Notes: generated by a model from the sequence alone, not told the origin. DNA of 64,000 nucleotides from Gemmatimonadaceae bacterium (GCA_045803545.1 JBJMOW010000005.1:480001-544000), one strand, 5' to 3'. Counted from the first letter of the stretch, positions 28,722 through 41,800 are shown. Program-made: numbers and translations.

Positions 28722-31700
28722 CTACCGATGGATGTAGAGCACTGCGGCACCGCTGAAGGGGGCGGTAAACCGCGTTGTCGAGCTGGCGTTCACCGAACCA
28801 GTAACAACACTCTGGCCAGTGCCCGGATTGAACCATTCCACGGTCCGAGCGCCAGTCACTCCGGAGAGGTTCACGTTGGTACTGCCTCCGCCTGGGAGGA
28901 ACACGACGTATTCACTGCCGACCACGGCCAGACAGTAACCGGTTGATGCGAGATCGCCGCGCGGCACGGCCGCCGCGAGGTTCATCCTGATCGCAATATT
29001 TCGCGCGTAACCCAGATTCTTTCGAATCGCTTCCCAAACGGGATTGCTCGCTGAATAATCACGCGCACCCACTCCCACCGCCGCTCCGTCGTATCCGTCC
29101 ATCAGGATAGGGTTCTGGCCTCTGGTGAGACTGCGCCAAACCCACGCGACATTACCGCATATGCCGCAGAAATGGTCTGTGTCGCCGATGAGGACTTTGC
29201 TGCCGGTCGCCGTCACTGGATTATCGATATTGCCGGCAGGTGATATCCAGTCCGCCGCGCTTCCGTAAAGGTCGGAGTCCACTCCGTTTGGCCACATCGC
29301 GGTAATTCCAATTGGGTGTCTGTTTCCCTTCGTGCTTTCGTAATCGCGAATGACCTGGATTATGTGATATTGCCATCCCTTGGACGTGACATCGCCTTCG
29401 TTGTCAACTTCGAAAAGAACGTTCGGAAGATCGCTGACGGCGTCGACTACTTTACGAACATACGCGTCCTGAATCGAAGTGATTGTGGCATTGTTCAGAG
29501 TCTGCACCTCGATACCGAGCCCATCACCGTTCGCGTCGCCGTTAATGGCGTTGATGTTGTTGGCCGCGTTGAATGGGTGGCCTTTCCAAGGGTTGTTGTA
29601 GGCCGAACCCGGTTTCGTTGTGATGCTCCAACCGTTGAATAGCATGACGGATACATAAATGCCGCGCGCACCAGCATCGATGACTCGTTGACGCACTCGA
29701 TCGAAATAGGACTGGTCGAATTGCATCAGATCGAACTTCGGCTTCCCATCTAGGGCGAGGCCGGGCCCTGTTCGCGAGTATGGCCCGCCCGAGAACCAAT
29801 AGTCGGTGGATATTTCGGCTGTCCATTTCTGTTGTTCCCACGCGTACAACCGGAAAAAGTTGTGACCGTGGGCTACCAGGAAATCGAGGTAGGCCGGGTA
29901 GTTAAAGGCCGGTGGTGGATCTGTCGTTCCGTTGTCCTGCAGATTGCTCCACGTGTGGGATCCAGTCAGGTAAACGATTTGTCCCGCCGGTGTCTCGAAG
30001 TACCTCGGATTGCGCGAGCTCACACGCAACGGGCCTACACCGGATGGCGCGGACGCGACGGCCACCACTGCGCTTCCCGTCTGGCCCTCGCTGGTCGCCG
30101 TGATGCTAGCCGTGCCGGCGACGACTCCGGTTACGACGCCGGTGCCATTCACAGCAACTATTGCGGGCGCATCTGAGCTCCACGCGATGATCCGTCCGGT
30201 CAAGATGTTCGATCGGGCGTCTTTCAAAACAGCTGTGAGAGCCCGCGAGCCGCCAACGGCAATTGTCGTGGATTGGGGAGTAACGGACACGCTAGCTACT
30301 GGAGCGGGAGTAACCGTTAAGGAAGCGGTGCCCGTTTTCCCTTCGCTGGTCGCAGTGATCGCAACCGGTCCTCCTGCCGCGACACCAGTGACCAGACCAT
30401 TCGCATCGACGGTGGCGATGCTTGAATTAGCCGAGGTCCAACCCGTGAGACGCCCCGAAAGTACGTTCCCGTCGGCGTCCGTTAGCGTCGCTGCCAACTG
30501 AACGGTGTTGCCACTAATGACCGAGGCGGACGACGGGTTTACCGCAACTGCAGCGACGGGGACCGGGGTTATCGTGATAACGGAGCTGCCGGTCTTTCCT
30601 TCGCTCGTTGCCGTAATTGTCGTGGTGCCGGCCGACACACCCGTGACCAAACCGTTCGCATCGACTGTCGCGAACGGTTTATCTGACGACCAGCTGACAG
30701 ACCGTCCAGTCAAAGCCGCCCCTTTGGCGTCTTTGGTTGCCGCGGAAAGTTGTTGGGAAGCTCCGATAACTATGGTCGCTGTCGCGGGCGAGACGGTTAC
30801 CGTCGCGACTGGTGGTGGTGTGACCGTGATAAACGCTGTGCCGCTTTGACCTTCGCTGGTGGCTGTAATCGTCGCGGTACCGGTGGCGATGCCCGACACC
30901 AGACCGGTATTTGGATCGACAGTCGCTATGGATGCCGCGCTCGAGGACCAGACCACGCTTCGCCCGGTTAAGATGTTGGCGTTCGCGTCACTGGTAGTTG
31001 CGGCCAATTGCGCTGTTGCACCCGCAACGACAACGGGTGAAGCCGGCGTCACTGAAACCGTCGCTACTGGCACCTGCGCAGCGACGACCGTCACGGCGGA
31101 CGTGCCCGACTGTCCCTCGCTGGTGGCGGTTATCGTCGCCGTGCCTGGTGCGATAGCTGTAATGAGACCGTTCGGATCGACTGACGCGGTGGTTGGACTG
31201 CCGGAAGACCAGGTGATGCTGCGCCCAGTCAGAATGTTGTTGCTCGCGTCTTTCGTTGTCGCCGTCAGCTGCTGGGTGTTGGCGACAACGACACTGGCGG
31301 AGGCGGGGCTGACGACGACGGCAGCGACAGGCACAGGCCCAATAATTGTGGATCCACCCTGCCAATCGTCGATCAGGGCGGCGTTGCCGTACACGCCGAC
31401 GCCAGGCGAGCCACTGCTGAAGGTTGCGTCAGACACGCTGCCGAGCGAGACGCCGTTCTTGTAGACGGTGATCGCTGTCCCAACGGCTTCGAGCTTGACG
31501 ACATCACCGGTCGTGAAAGTTTGGGCGAAGGCGCGCAGGGTGGTCCATACACCGTTAACGACCTTGTCGACTTCAGAGTGGCCGGTACCCGACAGTCCGT
31601 CCGTGAAGAACGCGTAAGCCTTGTATGTGGCTTCTGAAGTTCCCGTCGAGCGGACGCTGAGTTGGACGGCCTGCGTCCAGTTGGCTAAGCCGCCAGCGAT

Positions 31701-32066
31701 CCGGACCTGTGAGTACTGGTCGTTGCCGAAAGTATTGCCGGTCCAAATGACGAAGATGTCGGTCCCGTTGGTCGAGCCTTTGCCGACTCCGCTTCCGTTT
31801 CTGTTGATTGTCGCCGGCGGATCCTGCTGGGCCCACGGGCTACCGAGCGGCCCCGACGTTCCAGTGAACGACTCGGAGTAGCTGACGGTGGAGGTCGCTG
31901 CGGCACTTGCAGCAGTCGGCTCGGAAATCGTCGATGGTTCCGAGGACGGCCCTACGACCCTATCGCTTGCGCAAGAGAGAACAACGAAACTGAGGGCGAG
32001 CGAGCCGAGAAAGCGAAGTTCTTTCTTCAAGCCGGCCTTGTGCTGGTCGTTTGCCGCAACCTGCAT
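28722..32066 (-). CDS. Lipoprotein: beta-sandwich domain, 5x Big_2, GH-A-like TIM barrel (DUF4038/DUF6298-like), small C-terminal beta domain
   Basis: Lipobox VLSC and five SEG-type Ig repeats. NPRYF, GSHTW, HNFFRL, YFDR...G..GIYVSVMLF, FEVDNE and VEWFNP motifs. Start may be TTG 32030. Confidence 0.85.
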   Translation of the reverse strand: MQVAANDQHKAGLKKELRFLGSLALSFVVLSCASDRVVGPSSEPSTISEPTAASAAATSTVSYSESFTGTSGPLGSPWAQQDPPATINRNGSGVGKGSTNGTDIFVIWTGNTFGNDQYSQVRIAGGLANWTQAVQLSVRSTGTSEATYKAYAFFTDGLSGTGHSEVDKVVNGVWTTLRAFAQTFTTGDVVKLEAVGTAITVYKNGVSLGSVSDATFSSGSPGVGVYGNAALIDDWQGGSTIIGPVPVAAVVVSPASASVVVANTQQLTATTKDASNNILTGRSITWSSGSPTTASVDPNGLITAIAPGTATITATSEGQSGTSAVTVVAAQVPVATVSVTPASPVVVAGATAQLAATTSDANANILTGRSVVWSSSAASIATVDPNTGLVSGIATGTATITATSEGQSGTAFITVTPPPVATVTVSPATATIVIGASQQLSAATKDAKGAALTGRSVSWSSDKPFATVDANGLVTGVSAGTTTITATSEGKTGSSVITITPVPVAAVAVNPSSASVISGNTVQLAATLTDADGNVLSGRLTGWTSANSSIATVDANGLVTGVAAGGPVAITATSEGKTGTASLTVTPAPVASVSVTPQSTTIAVGGSRALTAVLKDARSNILTGRIIAWSSDAPAIVAVNGTGVVTGVVAGTASITATSEGQTGSAVVAVASAPSGVGPLRVSSRNPRYFETPAGQIVYLTGSHTWSNLQDNGTTDPPPAFNYPAYLDFLVAHGHNFFRLYAWEQQKWTAEISTDYWFSGGPYSRTGPGLALDGKPKFDLMQFDQSYFDRVRQRVIDAGARGIYVSVMLFNGWSITTKPGSAYNNPWKGHPFNAANNINAINGDANGDGLGIEVQTLNNATITSIQDAYVRKVVDAVSDLPNVLFEVDNEGDVTSKGWQYHIIQVIRDYESTKGNRHPIGITAMWPNGVDSDLYGSAADWISPAGNIDNPVTATGSKVLIGDTDHFCGICGNVAWVWRSLTRGQNPILMDGYDGAAVGVGARDYSASNPVWEAIRKNLGYARNIAIRMNLAAAVPRGDLASTGYCLAVVGSEYVVFLPGGGSTNVNLSGVTGARTVEWFNPGTGQSVVTGSVNASSTTRFTAPFSGAAVLYIHR

Positions 32067-32308
32067 TGTTGCCGACGTGCACCAAGGTGATGCGCATATG
32101 CAACGGCGGAAACGTAACTGTCACGGGCAATCGGCGAAAGAACAAAGAAAGAGTTTCACCGTCGTCGTTGCTGAGGCGTTGCCCCCCCGGAACAGCCGTT
32201 GCCTCGGAATGCAATCAAACTCGCGTTGACGCGGAGCTGGCTCCGGAGCAAACAAGCTTGCACTATTCTTGACTGGCTGTCGACTCAACCCGCTGTAGAG
32301 AGACTATC

Positions 32309-32782
32309 TTGGCATTCTGGACAAAGCCGCTGTTGCTCGTCGTCCCTGTCGTGACAGCTGCGTCTTCGCCGGCCGTCGAGGGCACTTATGTCGCTACGAC
32401 ACTAAATGGGCGTGCGCTGCCAACGGACCTCCGAATCCCAGTACAGCAAGGAGACGTGCGCCTTTTTCGCCTGGAGCAAGGCATCCTGCGTCTCGACGGC
32501 CACGGTAATTTTTTGCTGTATTTCCGATACTATCATCAGCTCGTGCGTCGAGGCGCCAAGCCGGTGGCGACTCCTGTAATGGCCGAGTCCGAGAAGGGCA
32601 CGTATCGGAAGAACGGCAACAAGCTGATCCTGGTGCCGCAGCGAAAGAAAAACGGCAAGTCGCGACCGACGATTGCTGCGTCGGTGTCAGGAGAAGAAGT
32701 TAGCGCTTTTTATGTGCTCGACGACGGGGTCACTCACCAACCGGTTGCCCTCGTACTTCGACGCGATCCTGCCTATTGGTAG
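32309..32782 (+). CDS. Small secreted beta-rich hypothetical protein (lipocalin-like)
   Basis: Signal-like N terminus; GTY...T.NG..LP and E.GTY...G..L.L patterns; fills the gap between two Ig genes. Confidence 0.65.
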   Translation: MAFWTKPLLLVVPVVTAASSPAVEGTYVATTLNGRALPTDLRIPVQQGDVRLFRLEQGILRLDGHGNFLLYFRYYHQLVRRGAKPVATPVMAESEKGTYRKNGNKLILVPQRKKNGKSRPTIAASVSGEEVSAFYVLDDGVTHQPVALVLRRDPAYW

Positions 32783-32847
32783 GAATTATAAAAACTGGTC
32801 ACGAGCTAGAGGACCTGTTACAAGCCCTGCATCTTTTCGCGCGTGGG

Positions 32848-35800
32848 CTAGTGCAGGAAGAGCACTGCCGGACCACTGAAGGGCGCGATCAGTTGTACGG
32901 ATGGACCGCCCGCAATAGTTCCAGCCGGAGTCGCGACGCCCGTGGCGGGATTGAACCACTCCACGTTGAGCGTGCCGGTTAGTGCGGAAAGGTTGAGTGT
33001 CACCGCGCCTTCGCTATTGATATAGACGAGATACTGTTCGCCGGGCTTCGCCAACGCGTAGCCGGTCAACTCGGATAGAACCAGATCGCCGTGAGGTACC
33101 GCATTGGCCATGTCCATCCTCTGGGCGTAGCTCAATGTGTAGCCCATGTTCTTCCGAATGGCCTCCCAAACAGGATCGTTCACATCGTAGTCTTCCGCGC
33201 CGACGCCAATAGCTGCGCCGTCATAGCCGTCCATCAGGATCGGGTTGTGGCCCTTCACAAAACTCTTCCACACCCACTCGACATCTCCACAGACACCGCA
33301 GATGTGATCCGTATCCGTGACGAGCACTTTTGATCCATTCGCGGTTACGGGCGTGTGCAGGGTTCCGGCGATCGAGATCCAGTCGGCATCGCTGTTATAG
33401 AGATCCGTATCCGACCCGTTCGGCCACATCGCCGTCATGCCGACGGGGTGACGTTTTGCTTTTGTCGCTTCGTAGTCGCGGATCACCTGTATCATATGGT
33501 ATTGCCAGTCGCGGGATGACCCGTCGCTCTCGTTGCTGATCTCGTAGAGCACGTTGTCCAGATCACCGACTGCGTCGATGACTCTACGGACATAGGCTTC
33601 CTGCAGGGCGGTGACGGATGGAATAGTCAGCGTTTGACTTTCGAGTCCTGACCCGTCGCCATTCGTGTCACCGTCGATTCCGTTGATGTTGTTCGCTGAG
33701 TTGAATGGATGTCCATTCCATGGGTTGTTGGCGGTCGCCCCCGGCTTGGTCGTCACGCTCCAGCCGTTGAAGAGCATCACCGACACGTAGATTCCGCGCG
33801 ATCCTGCCTCGATGACGCGCTGACGCATCCTGTCGAAGTAGGCCTGATTGAACTGGCTAACGTCGAACTTAGGTTTGCCGTCGAGCGCTACCCCAGGACC
33901 GGTGCGCGCATACGCCGAAGGTGAGAACCAATAATCGTTGGCATACTCTGATGTCCACCTATCCTGTTCCCAAGCATAGAGCCGGAAGAAGTTGTGATTG
34001 CGCTGCGTCAGAAAATCGAGATAGGCTGTGTAGTTGAACGCGGCCGGCGGATCGACCGTGCCATTGTCGCGCAGCGTACTCCAGGTGTGCGAACCTGTCA
34101 GGTAAATGATCTGACCTGTTGCATTTTCGAAGTACCGAGGATTGCGCGTGCTTCGGTGAAGCAGAGTCGCCGTTGTCGTCGCAGCAGTGACTGTGACGAT
34201 AGACGTTCCTGTCTTTGTCTCACTCGTAGCAGTGATCGTCGCTGCTCCGGCTGCCACCGCCGTGACGAGCCCGGTCCCCGAAACGGTCGCTGCAGCGGTA
34301 TTATCGGAGCTCCACGTAACTACGCGGCCAGTGAGAACTCTGCCCTGAGCATCTTTGAGCGTGATTGTGAGTTGCTCTGTTGCACCGACGAGGATGCTCG
34401 GCGCCGAAGGACTGACTGTTACCGTTGCCACCGGCGCCTGGGTGACCGTGAGGGTTGCGCTTCCCGTTTGTCCTTCACTGGTCGCAGTGATGTGAGCCGT
34501 GCCTTCAGCGACCGCAGTCACGATACCGGTCGAGGAAACTGTAGCGATAGCGTGGTCGTCACTCGCCCATACAATCGTTCGGCCGGTAAGGACGCGGTTT
34601 CTGCTGTCTTTCAGCTCCGCAGTAGCCTGTGTCGAAGCGACGGCGGTGATCGAGCCTTGAGCTATCGTCACTGTCACCGAAGCTACGGGCGCCGCTGTCA
34701 CGGTGAGTATCGACGAGCCCGTCTGGCCCTCACTGGTTGCTGTGATGTGAGCCGTGCCTACGGCTTCAGCGGTAACGATTCCGGTGTTAGACACAGTGGC
34801 CACGCCTTCGTTGTCAGAAGACCAAACGACGGATCGACCCGTTAGCGTGCCACCCGTTGCATCCAGAGTCGTCGCGGTTGCTTGAGTTGTTCCAACGGCG
34901 CTGATCGACCCCTGCGCGAGTGAAACTGTGACTGAAGCAACCGGTACCTGAGTTACTGTAATCGATGAAGTCCCACTTACTCCCTCACTCGTTGCGGTAA
35001 TGGTCGCAGTGCCGGCTGTGTGCGCTGTAACGAGGCCGTTGGCATCCACCGTTGCCGAGGCATCGTTATTCGATGTCCAAACGACTGTTCTGCCAGTCAA
35101 TGGCCTGACCTGAGCGTCGGTGAGAGCGGTGGTGAGCTGCTGCGTTGCTCCTTCAACAAGATTGGCGCTCGCCGGGCTGACAACGACCGAAGCCACTGGA
35201 GCATCGGTGACAGTGAGCGTTGCGCTTCCAGTCTGTCCCTCGCTCGTCGCTGTGATGTGAGCTGTTCCCGTTGCAACGGCCGTGACTGCGCCCGCAGAGG
35301 AGACCGTCGCAGCTGCGGTATTGTCCGAGGTCCAAACGATCGAACGACCACTCAGCGTACGGCCCTTACTGTCTTGCAGGGTTGCAGTTGCCTGCGTTGT
35401 CCCGACTGCCGTAATCGAACTCGCCGCCAGTGAAACACTCACCGTTGCAACCGGCGCTTGAGTGACCGTGAGTGTTGCGCTGCCAGTCTTTCCTTCGCTC
35501 ATCGCGTTGATGTTTGCAGTTCCCACGGCGACCGCGGTCACGAGGCCGGTGTTAGCGTCGACAGTTGCAATGGCCAAGTTGTCAGAGCTCCACGTTACAG
35601 CGCGCCCAGTGAGATTGTTGCCATTAGCATCAAGCGTCGTTGCGTTTGCTTGCGAGGTACCCACGGCCGTAATGCTCATCGGGTTGAGCGCAACGTTCAC
35701 CGTCGCAACGGGGGCAAGGGTTACAGTGATCGCGGATGTTCCGCTCTGACCCTCGCTGGCGGCGGCGATAGTTGCCCCGCCTGCGGCTACGGCAGTCACC

Positions 35801-38800
35801 AATCCATCTGCGCCAACTGTCGCCACTGAGTTATTGCTGGAGCTCCAAGTGACTGTGCGACCGGTCAACACATTTCCGTTTGCATCTTTCGTGACGGCCG
35901 CGAGTTGTTGCGTCGGCGTAATACCGAGTACGAGACCCGCCGACGCAGGTGTCACGGTGACCGTTGCAACTGGAATCGGGTTGACGGTGATCGACGGCGT
36001 TGTCGCCGCTGGAGCTGTCTCACTCGTTGCAGTAATAGCGGCGGTACCAACACCGAGCGCCGTCACAGTAATTGTTGCGCCCGTTGAACTGCTTAGCGAG
36101 CTTGCCGCGCTCACGGTTAGAACTGCGCTATTGCTCGAGATCCAGTTAACGGTACGCCCGGGCAGAACATTGCCGTTCGCATCTTTGGGAGTCGCGATCA
36201 ACACCTGAGTGCTACCGACAGTCATCGGTGTACTTGCCGATGACAGCGTAACCGTCGTTACCGGTGCAACGGAGACGGTGATCGACGATGTGCCAGTTTT
36301 CGTCTCACTGGTCGCAGTGATAGTTGCAGTGCCAGCGGCCTGCGCTGCTACCAGTCCGTTGCCACCGACCGTCGCGACCGCGGTGTTGCTAGACGCCCAC
36401 GTCACGACCCGACCACTGAGCGTGTTTCCGTTGGTATCCTTAGTCACCGCCGTCAGTTGCTGAGTGGGTGTAATACCAAGCACCAAGCTCGCTGACGATG
36501 GCGTCACTGTTACTGTCGCCACTGGCGCGGGAGTGACAGTGATGGTCGCGCTGCCAGTTTGTCCCTCGCTGGTCCCTGTGATGCTCGCTGTACCGACTGC
36601 GCCAGCTGTTACAAAACCAGTGCTCGCATTAACGGTTACAACTGCAGTATTGCTCGAGCTCCAGGTGACAGCGCGCCCGGTCAGGACATTGCCGTTTGCA
36701 TCGCGGGTAGTAGCTGTGGCTTGAGAAGTTCCAACGGCAGTGATGCTCGCGGGATTCAACGCAACGGTTACGGTCGCAACCGGTGCGAGGTTAACAGTGA
36801 TCGAGCTTGTCCCGGTCTTACCCTCGCTAGTCGCTGTTACCGTCGCACTTCCAGCGCTGACAGCTGTAACCAAGCCATTCGCATCGACAGTAGCGACGGC
36901 AGTGTTGTTCGAGCTCCAGCTGACGACGCGACCAGTGAGAGTGTTCCCATTGGCATCTTGGGTAACTGCGGTCAGCTGCTGTGTCGGACTAATTCCGAGC
37001 ACCAAAGTGGCGCTGCTCGGCGTGGTTGTAACGGTGGCAACGGGAATCGGGTTGACCGTGATTGTTGGCGTCGTGGCTGCAGGTGCACTCTCACTGGTGG
37101 CAGTGATCGTGGCGGCGCCGACCCCGACAGATGTGACCGTAATAGTTGCTCCCGTTGCGCTACTTACGGAGCTCGCATTACTCACGGTGAGTACTGCAGG
37201 ATTGCTTGAGACCCAAGCCACTGTACGACCGGAAAGTGTATTGCCGTTTGCGTCCTTAGGCGTTGCCGTCAAAGTCTGAGTCGCGCTGACGATCATCGGC
37301 GTCGTCGGCGGGGAGAGCACGACAGTTGCTACTGGGGCTGGATTGACGGTGATCGAGCTCGTGCCCGTTTTCGTCTCACTGGTCGCCGTTATCGTGGTAG
37401 TTCCAGCGCTAACCGCGGTTACCAATCCATTCGCATCGACAGTAGCCACTGCGGTGTTACCGGAGCTCCACGTCACAAGGCGACCGGTGAGCACCGTACC
37501 GTTCACATCCTTGGGCACCGCCGTCAGTTGCTGCGTCGGAGTAACCACGAGCTGGAGCGTCGCTGACGCAGGCGTCACCGTCACGGTTGCAACAGGTGCA
37601 GGCGTAACCGTTAGAGTCGCACTGCCCGCCTGGCTTTCGCTCGTTCCCGTGATGCTCGCAGTGCCAACTGCGACGGCGGTCACGAGGCCGGTGTTGGAAT
37701 TCACTGTCGCAACAGCGGGGTTACTGGAGTTCCAGGTGACGACGCGCCCTGTGAGAATGATGCCATTCGCGTCCCGCGTTGTCGCTGTCGCCTGTGAGGT
37801 TCCAACAGCAGTGATGCTCGTCGGATTCAGTGTGACGGCGACAGTCGCAACGGGTGCGAGCGAAACCGTAATGGAAGCAGTGCCAGCCCTTCCTTCGCTC
37901 GTCGCGGTAATTGTGGCGCTACCGGCAGTCTGAGCCGTAACTAGGCCATTTGCGTCGACAGTTGCGACCGCGGTGTTGTTCGAGCTCCACGTGACGACGC
38001 GGCCGGTGAGAGTATTTCCATTGGCGTCTTTAGTCACAGCCGTCAGTTGCTGCGTGGGCGCGATTCCGAGTACGAGGCTGGCCGACGCCGGCGTGACCGC
38101 GACCGTTGCCACTGGAATCGGGTTGACACTGATACTCGGCGTTGTCGCCGCGGGAGCACTCTCGCTCGTCGCAGTAATAGTTGCAACGCCGACGCCGAGC
38201 GCGGTGATGGTGATGGTTGCGCCGCTCGCCGTGCTCAGGGACGTCGGCGCGCTGACAGTGAGCATTGCCGGATTGCTCGATACCCAAGTGACTGTCCGAC
38301 CCGACAGCGCGCTCCCGTTTGCGTCCCTCGGTGTAGCAGTCAGAACCTGAGTTCCCCCAACGATCATTGGCGTCGTCGGTGACGAGAGCGTTACGGCCGC
38401 CACGGGAGTCGGATTAACCGTGATCGAACTTGTTCCGGTCTTCGTTTCACTCGTAGCGGTTATTGTCGCCGTACCGGCGCCGACTGCGGTGGCCAGGCCG
38501 TTTGCATCAACTTGGGCCACTGCTGTGTTGCTCGAGCTCCAGGTAACCAAGCGCCCAGTAAGCGTGTTGCCGTTCGCATCCTTGGTGACTGCCGTCAGTT
38601 GGTGTGTCGGAGTGACGAGGAGCTGAAGCACCGCCGAGGAAGGCGAGACTACAACGGACGCGACCGGCGCCGGTGTCACGGTTAGCGTCGCACTGCCGCT
38701 CTTTCCTTCACTCGTAGCAGTGATGCTCGCAGTGCCCAGAGCAACCGCCGTGACCATGCCGGTGTTAACGTCGACTGTTGCAACAGCTGTATTGCTGGAG

Positions 38801-41800
38801 CTCCAGGTAATCGCGCGGCCAGTCAACACATTGCCGTTTGCGTCCCGCGTCACCGCTGTCGCTTGAGATGTTCCAACCGCCGTTATGCTCATTGGATTCA
38901 GTGACACGTCTACAGTCGTAACAGGTGCAACTGTGACGGTGATCGCAGATGTTCCGCTCTGACCCTCGCTTGAAGCGGTGATTGTTGCAGCGCCTGCGGC
39001 TACAGCCGTGACTAATCCATTCGCGCCAACTGTCGCTATTGAGTTATCGCTAGAGCTCCAGCTGACTGTGCGACCCGCCAGTACATTGCCGTTTGCGTCC
39101 TTGGCGACCGCTGCCAGCTGCTGCGTGGGTGTAATGCCGAGCACAAGGTTCGCTGATGACGGCGTTACTGTCACCGTCGCCACTGGCGCGAGGTTTACTG
39201 TGATCGTGCTCGTCCCAGTCTTGCCCTCGCTCGTGGCCGTTATGGTCGCACCGCCTGCACTCACCGCGGTCACGAGACCAGTATTTGGGTCGACTGTAGC
39301 GACAGCATTGTTGTTCGAGCTCCAAGTGACCACACGACCGGTCAAAGTGTTGCCGTTCGCATCCTTGGTGGCTGCTGTCAGTTGCTGTGTCGGAGTGATT
39401 CCGAGTACCAAAGTCGTGCTGCTCGGGGTAACTGTGACACCCGCAACCGAAGCCGCGGTGACGGTAAGAACCGCGCTGTCAGTCTCCCCTTCACTCGTCG
39501 CAGTGATGTTGGCTGTGCCTGGTGCAATGGCTGTCACGAGACCGGTGTTAGGGTCGACCGTTGCAATTGCTGTGTTGCTCGAGCTCCAGATTACGACGCG
39601 TCCAGTAAGTGGACGTCCCCTAGCGTCGAGCAGCATCGCCGTTGCCTGCGTCGTCTCAGTGGCGTTGATCGAGCTCGACGCCAGAGAAACTGTGACGGTT
39701 GCGACAGGAGCTTCCGTGACAGTGAGCGTCGCATTACCAGTCTTACCTTCGCTTGTTGCAGTCAGGGTGGTAGTACCAGGTGCGACTGCGGTCACCAGAC
39801 CACTATTGGGGTTAACCGTTGCGACGGCAGTATTGCTTGAAGTCCACGACACCACCCGTCCTGTCAGTGCGTTTCCGTTGCCATCGAATGTGCTCGCCGT
39901 TGCTTGCGACGTCTGTACTGCATTGATACTTGTCGGGTTCAGTGTAACTGTGACGGTTGCGACTGGCGCGAGAGCAACATTAATAGATGAGGTGCCTGAC
40001 TGACCTTCGCTGGTCGCCGTTATTGTTGCACTACCGGCGGCTACAGCACTGGCGAGCCCGCTGGCGTCGACATTGACGAAGTTCGTGTTGCTCGAACTCC
40101 AAGTGACCACGCGGCCGGTCAATACATTCCCCTGTGCGTCCTTGGTGACGGCGGTGAGTTGTTGCGTGGGCGTAATGCCCAACACGAGGTTCGCCGAAGG
40201 CGGCGTAAGGGTGACGCTGGCTACCGGCGCCGGTGTCACGGTCAGCGTCGCACTGTCGCTCTTTCCTTCACTCGTAGCAGTGATGCTCGCCGTGCCCGGA
40301 GCAACCGGTGCAATAAGACCCGTGATCGCGTCAACTGTCGCGACAGCGGTGTTAGTGGAACTCCACGTCACGACCCTGCCGGTCAAAACGTTGTTGTTAG
40401 CGTCAAGCGTTGTCGCCGTCGCCTGTGACGATCCGACTGCCGTAATGCTCGTCGGACTCAGCGCGACGGTCACTGTTGCGACGGGCGCAACCGACACAGT
40501 GATTGCAGATGTCCCGCTCTGCCCTTCACTCACGGCGGTGATTATGGCCGAGCCAGCAGCGACTCCCGTTACCAATCCATTCGCACTGACGCTCGCGGCA
40601 GCGGTATTGTTCGAGCTCCAGTTGACCGTTCGTCCGTTAAGGACGTTGCCGTTGGCATCTTTCGTTACAGCACTAAGCTGTTGAGTGGGTGTTATACCGA
40701 GGACCAGACTGGCCGATGGCGGCGTAACTGTGACTGTAGCAACGGGAACCGGGTTGACGGTGATCGAAGGTGTCGTTGCCGCCGGAGCAGCTTCGCTGTT
40801 GGCAGTGATCGTAGCTGTTCCGACCGCAGCTGCCGTCACGGTGATCGTCGCGCCACTTCCAGTGCTTACTGAGGCAGCAGCACTGACCGACAACACGGCT
40901 GGATTGCTTGAGACCCAGTTCACGGTCCGGCCAGACAAGATGTTGTTGTTCGCATCCTTCGGGACGGCTGTCAGCACTTGAGAACTTCCGACAATCATCG
41001 GAGTTGCCGGCGCAAAAAGCGTTAGCGTTGCGACCGGCGGAACGCTAACCGTGACCGATGATGTGCCGCTTTGAGCCTCGCTGGTGGCGGTAACCGTTGC
41101 AGAACCAGCGGCAACGCCGGTTACCAATCCACTAGTGTTGACCGTCGCAATCGCGGGGTTGCTCGAACTCCAAGTCACTGTGCGAGCGGGCAAGACGTTG
41201 CCGTTCGCGTCCTTCGTAACTGCCGAGAGTTGTTGTGTCGGAGTGATGCTCAATACCAGAGTCGTAGTCGCAGGCGTGACAGTGACCGTCGCAACTGGAA
41301 TCGGGTCGACGGCGATGCTCGGCGTTGTCGCCGCCGGTGCGGTCTCACTCGTGGCGGTGATCGTCGCCGTGCCGATACCAACTGCCGTAACAGTGATCGT
41401 CGCTCCGGTCGACGTACTAACCGAGGACGGTGCGCTCACGGAGAGCACCGCCGGATTACTTGAAATCCAGTTTACAGCGCGGCCAGAAAGGGCGTTCCCG
41501 TTTGCATCCTTGGGCGCGGCGGTCAGCACCTGAGTGTTGCCAAGGATCATTGGGGTCATTGGCGCCGACAGCGAAACAGTCGCGACCGGCGCCGCGTTGA
41601 CGGTTATCGAGCTCGTCCCGGTCTTTGTCTCACTCGTCGCAGTAATGGTCGCCGCGCCCACACCGACCGCGTTTACCAATCCGTTCGCATCGACAGTCGC
41701 GACGGCCGTATTGCTCGATCTCCAACTCGCTGCGCGACCAGCGAGAATGTTGCCATTGGCATCCTTTGTTACCGCGGTGAGCTGTTGTGTCGGTGTTGCG

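Noticed and set aside
32120..32145. CACGGGCAATCGGCGAAAG, resembling the start of a third GEMM riboswitch
   Set aside because: No complementary P2 strand, no GCAAAG junction and no P3.
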